Below, in pieces: positions 62,348 through 64,000 of a DNA stretch of 64,000 bases (position 1 is its first letter; each line of letters begins with the position of its first letter). The stretch spans positions 2,583,520-2,647,519 of the forward strand of contig MU058844.1 of NCBI GenBank assembly GCA_013265495.1, written 5' to 3'. The translations under genes were made by a program, and so were the position numbers. The notes beneath the pieces were generated by a model. It searched no databases. It was not told the origin of the DNA and worked only from the letters and a program-made list of their open reading frames with translations. Source of the stretch: Vicugna vicugna (Eukaryota).

Positions 62348-63009
62348 TATTGTAGAGCACACAGAGCAGAAGGCATGCACAGACTGCTAGCAGGTGACAA
62401 ATGTTGAGAGTATTAGCTAAAGATATGATCTCTTTATTCACCACTCCTCGCTACATAATCTGAAGGACTCATGCATATTACCCAAGACAGATAAAAGAAT
62501 GTTCATAGCAGGCTTATTTACCACAGGAAAAACTAGAAACAACAAAATTGTCTGTCAACAAGGGAATAGATAAATAAACTGTGATACAGTCACACAATTT
62601 AATGCAAACAACTATGAAAATAAGCAAATTAAAATTTTGCAAATCAACATGGATAGCTCTTAAAAATGTTAAGTGGTAAACATAAGTTACAGAAAAAAAA
62701 CCCAAAATGAAATAGCAAGTATATGTGTTGGTATATTTATATAATATAATATAATATATATTGTATATATATGAATAAGCACACACACACAAGGAGAGTA
62801 TAAAAGCATGTATGGAAATAACAGACCTCTAATTTAAGATAGAAGCTACCTCTTTAGAGCTTGGGCAGGAGGGAATGTGGTCAGGGAACAGTACTACCAA
62901 GGCTTCCTCAATTCCGTGGATATTGTTGCATTTCTTAAGCTGGGTATTATTTACCACATGCATTTTATATTATTCCTTATCTTCCTTGTTATGTATTGAA
63001 GGTTTTGTA

Positions 63010-63225
63010 ATTCCTGTAAGAGCTACTGCACTAGAACAAGCAAAAGATGACAAGGGCTTGAACTGTGGTATAGACCTAGGAGTGACAAAGAGAGAACTCT
63101 TATGAGAAATACTTAGATCAAATTATCAGAACTTGGTCATTAACTTGGAAAGAAGAGGTTTCCAGCTCAGGATCTCAAGTTGATAGTCTCACTAACCAAG
63201 ATAGGGAGTATCTAGGGAAGAATAT
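63010..63225 (-). mobile_element. L2 fragment
   Basis: 'agctactgcactagaacaagcaaaagatgacaagggcttgaactgtgg...tcagaacttggtcattaacttgg...ctcactaaccaagataggg'. Confidence 0.55.
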
Positions 63226-64000
63226 TAGGTAGCCCAGACCCCTGTGTCTCAGTGTGCATTTAGATTATCCAGTATTTTTACTGGCCGTGTTTCACTTTCA
63301 CTTTCTTGAGCAAGAATAACCCGAGTTCCTGGAAAGTTTATCTACAAGTCCTAGTTTCCACATGTATTTATATTACTGCATAGTAAAAATCCTACCATCA
63401 TTTTGTAGTGGAGAGCAAAAGATCAAATGGATAAAATATGGGTTTGGGTTTTGTAAAGTTAAAGAAATGACCATAGCAAGCCTGCTGTGGGGACAGGTGC
63501 CAATCTCAAATCAAATTACAATGGGATTCTGGGTTTTGTAGTTCCACTCAATCGCATGTTCCAACCTGGATTTAGTGCACCCTTGCCCATCTGAACTGCA
63601 AAAGACCTCATGAAACATTTTGGCCCAGACCTGCTGTGTCGGCATGTGGACAGCTAAGCCATTTCAGATAGGTGATTTTATGCTTTTCGAATGTCTGGCC
63701 TCTGAATCTTCTCCAAGTCCTCCATGCTCCACTTAGCCTTATATTGGTTTTGAGCTGGAAATTTTTTTTTTAACTTGGAGTATTAATTAATTTAAAAAAT
63801 TCCTTTCCTTTTATGGACCATCCAGTCTTTATATAGAGAATTTGACTGAGTTAATATAATTTGATTGATACAGAGAAGGAAATAATACCATTTAATATTT
63901 TTTAATGAATAACAATCCTTTAGAAGTTGAATTTAAAATTTGGTTGAATAAAGCATTTGATTGAGGTTAGTAATCATGTAGCAGTAGGGGGCTAGTCAGG

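Larger units (their letters stand above)
60400..62990 (+). mobile_element. Ancient fragmented L1 (L1ME-type), ORF2 3' half and 3' UTR, interrupted by an LTR and a Tigger MITE
   Basis: 'caactggatatcaagattataat', 'agattaatagaacaaaatagacggctcatagac', 'atgccatacacaaaagtcaattc', 'aagaatgttcatagcagg...aaaactagaaacaacaaaattgtctgtcaacaagggaatagataaataaactgtg'. Confidence 0.75.

Noticed and set aside
1..64000. Short ORFs (60-130 aa) of the six-frame track as host genes
   Set aside because: None outside the L1 fragments resembles a protein I recognise. They are low-complexity, often start at non-ATG codons, overlap repeats, and match the chance expectation for AT-rich DNA.

Overview
AT-rich, CpG-poor mammalian non-coding DNA (intergenic or deep intronic), almost certainly camelid: it carries a Vic-1-type tRNA-derived SINE at 52179-52311. 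I found no host protein-coding exon. The only ORF-track entries with recognisable homology are decayed LINE-1 ORF2 fragments. The largest element is a ~5.45 kb, internally deleted class I (gamma-like/ERV1) provirus at 4212-9663. It has two LTRs, a PPT, a gag matrix remnant, the integrase C-terminus, and an env pseudogene with a readable immunosuppressive domain, CX6CC motif and TM anchor. Its 5' LTR keeps the TATA box but has lost AATAAA; its 3' LTR keeps AATAAA but has lost the TATA-containing segment. Also present: a 3.2 kb 5'-truncated L1 with an 18-bp TSD, two very short L1 3'-end insertions (47 and ~151 bp) with TSDs, and a 5'-inverted (twin-primed) old L1. There are two oppositely oriented MER34-like solo LTRs with 4-bp TSDs, other solo LTRs, MaLRs, Tigger/hAT MITEs, MIRs, L2s and microsatellites. 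A few repeat-free stretches contain clustered transcription-factor motifs. I do not see convincing evidence of a new biological system. Subfamily names come from remembered consensus sequences and need confirmation with RepeatMasker/Dfam; boundaries without TSDs are approximate.
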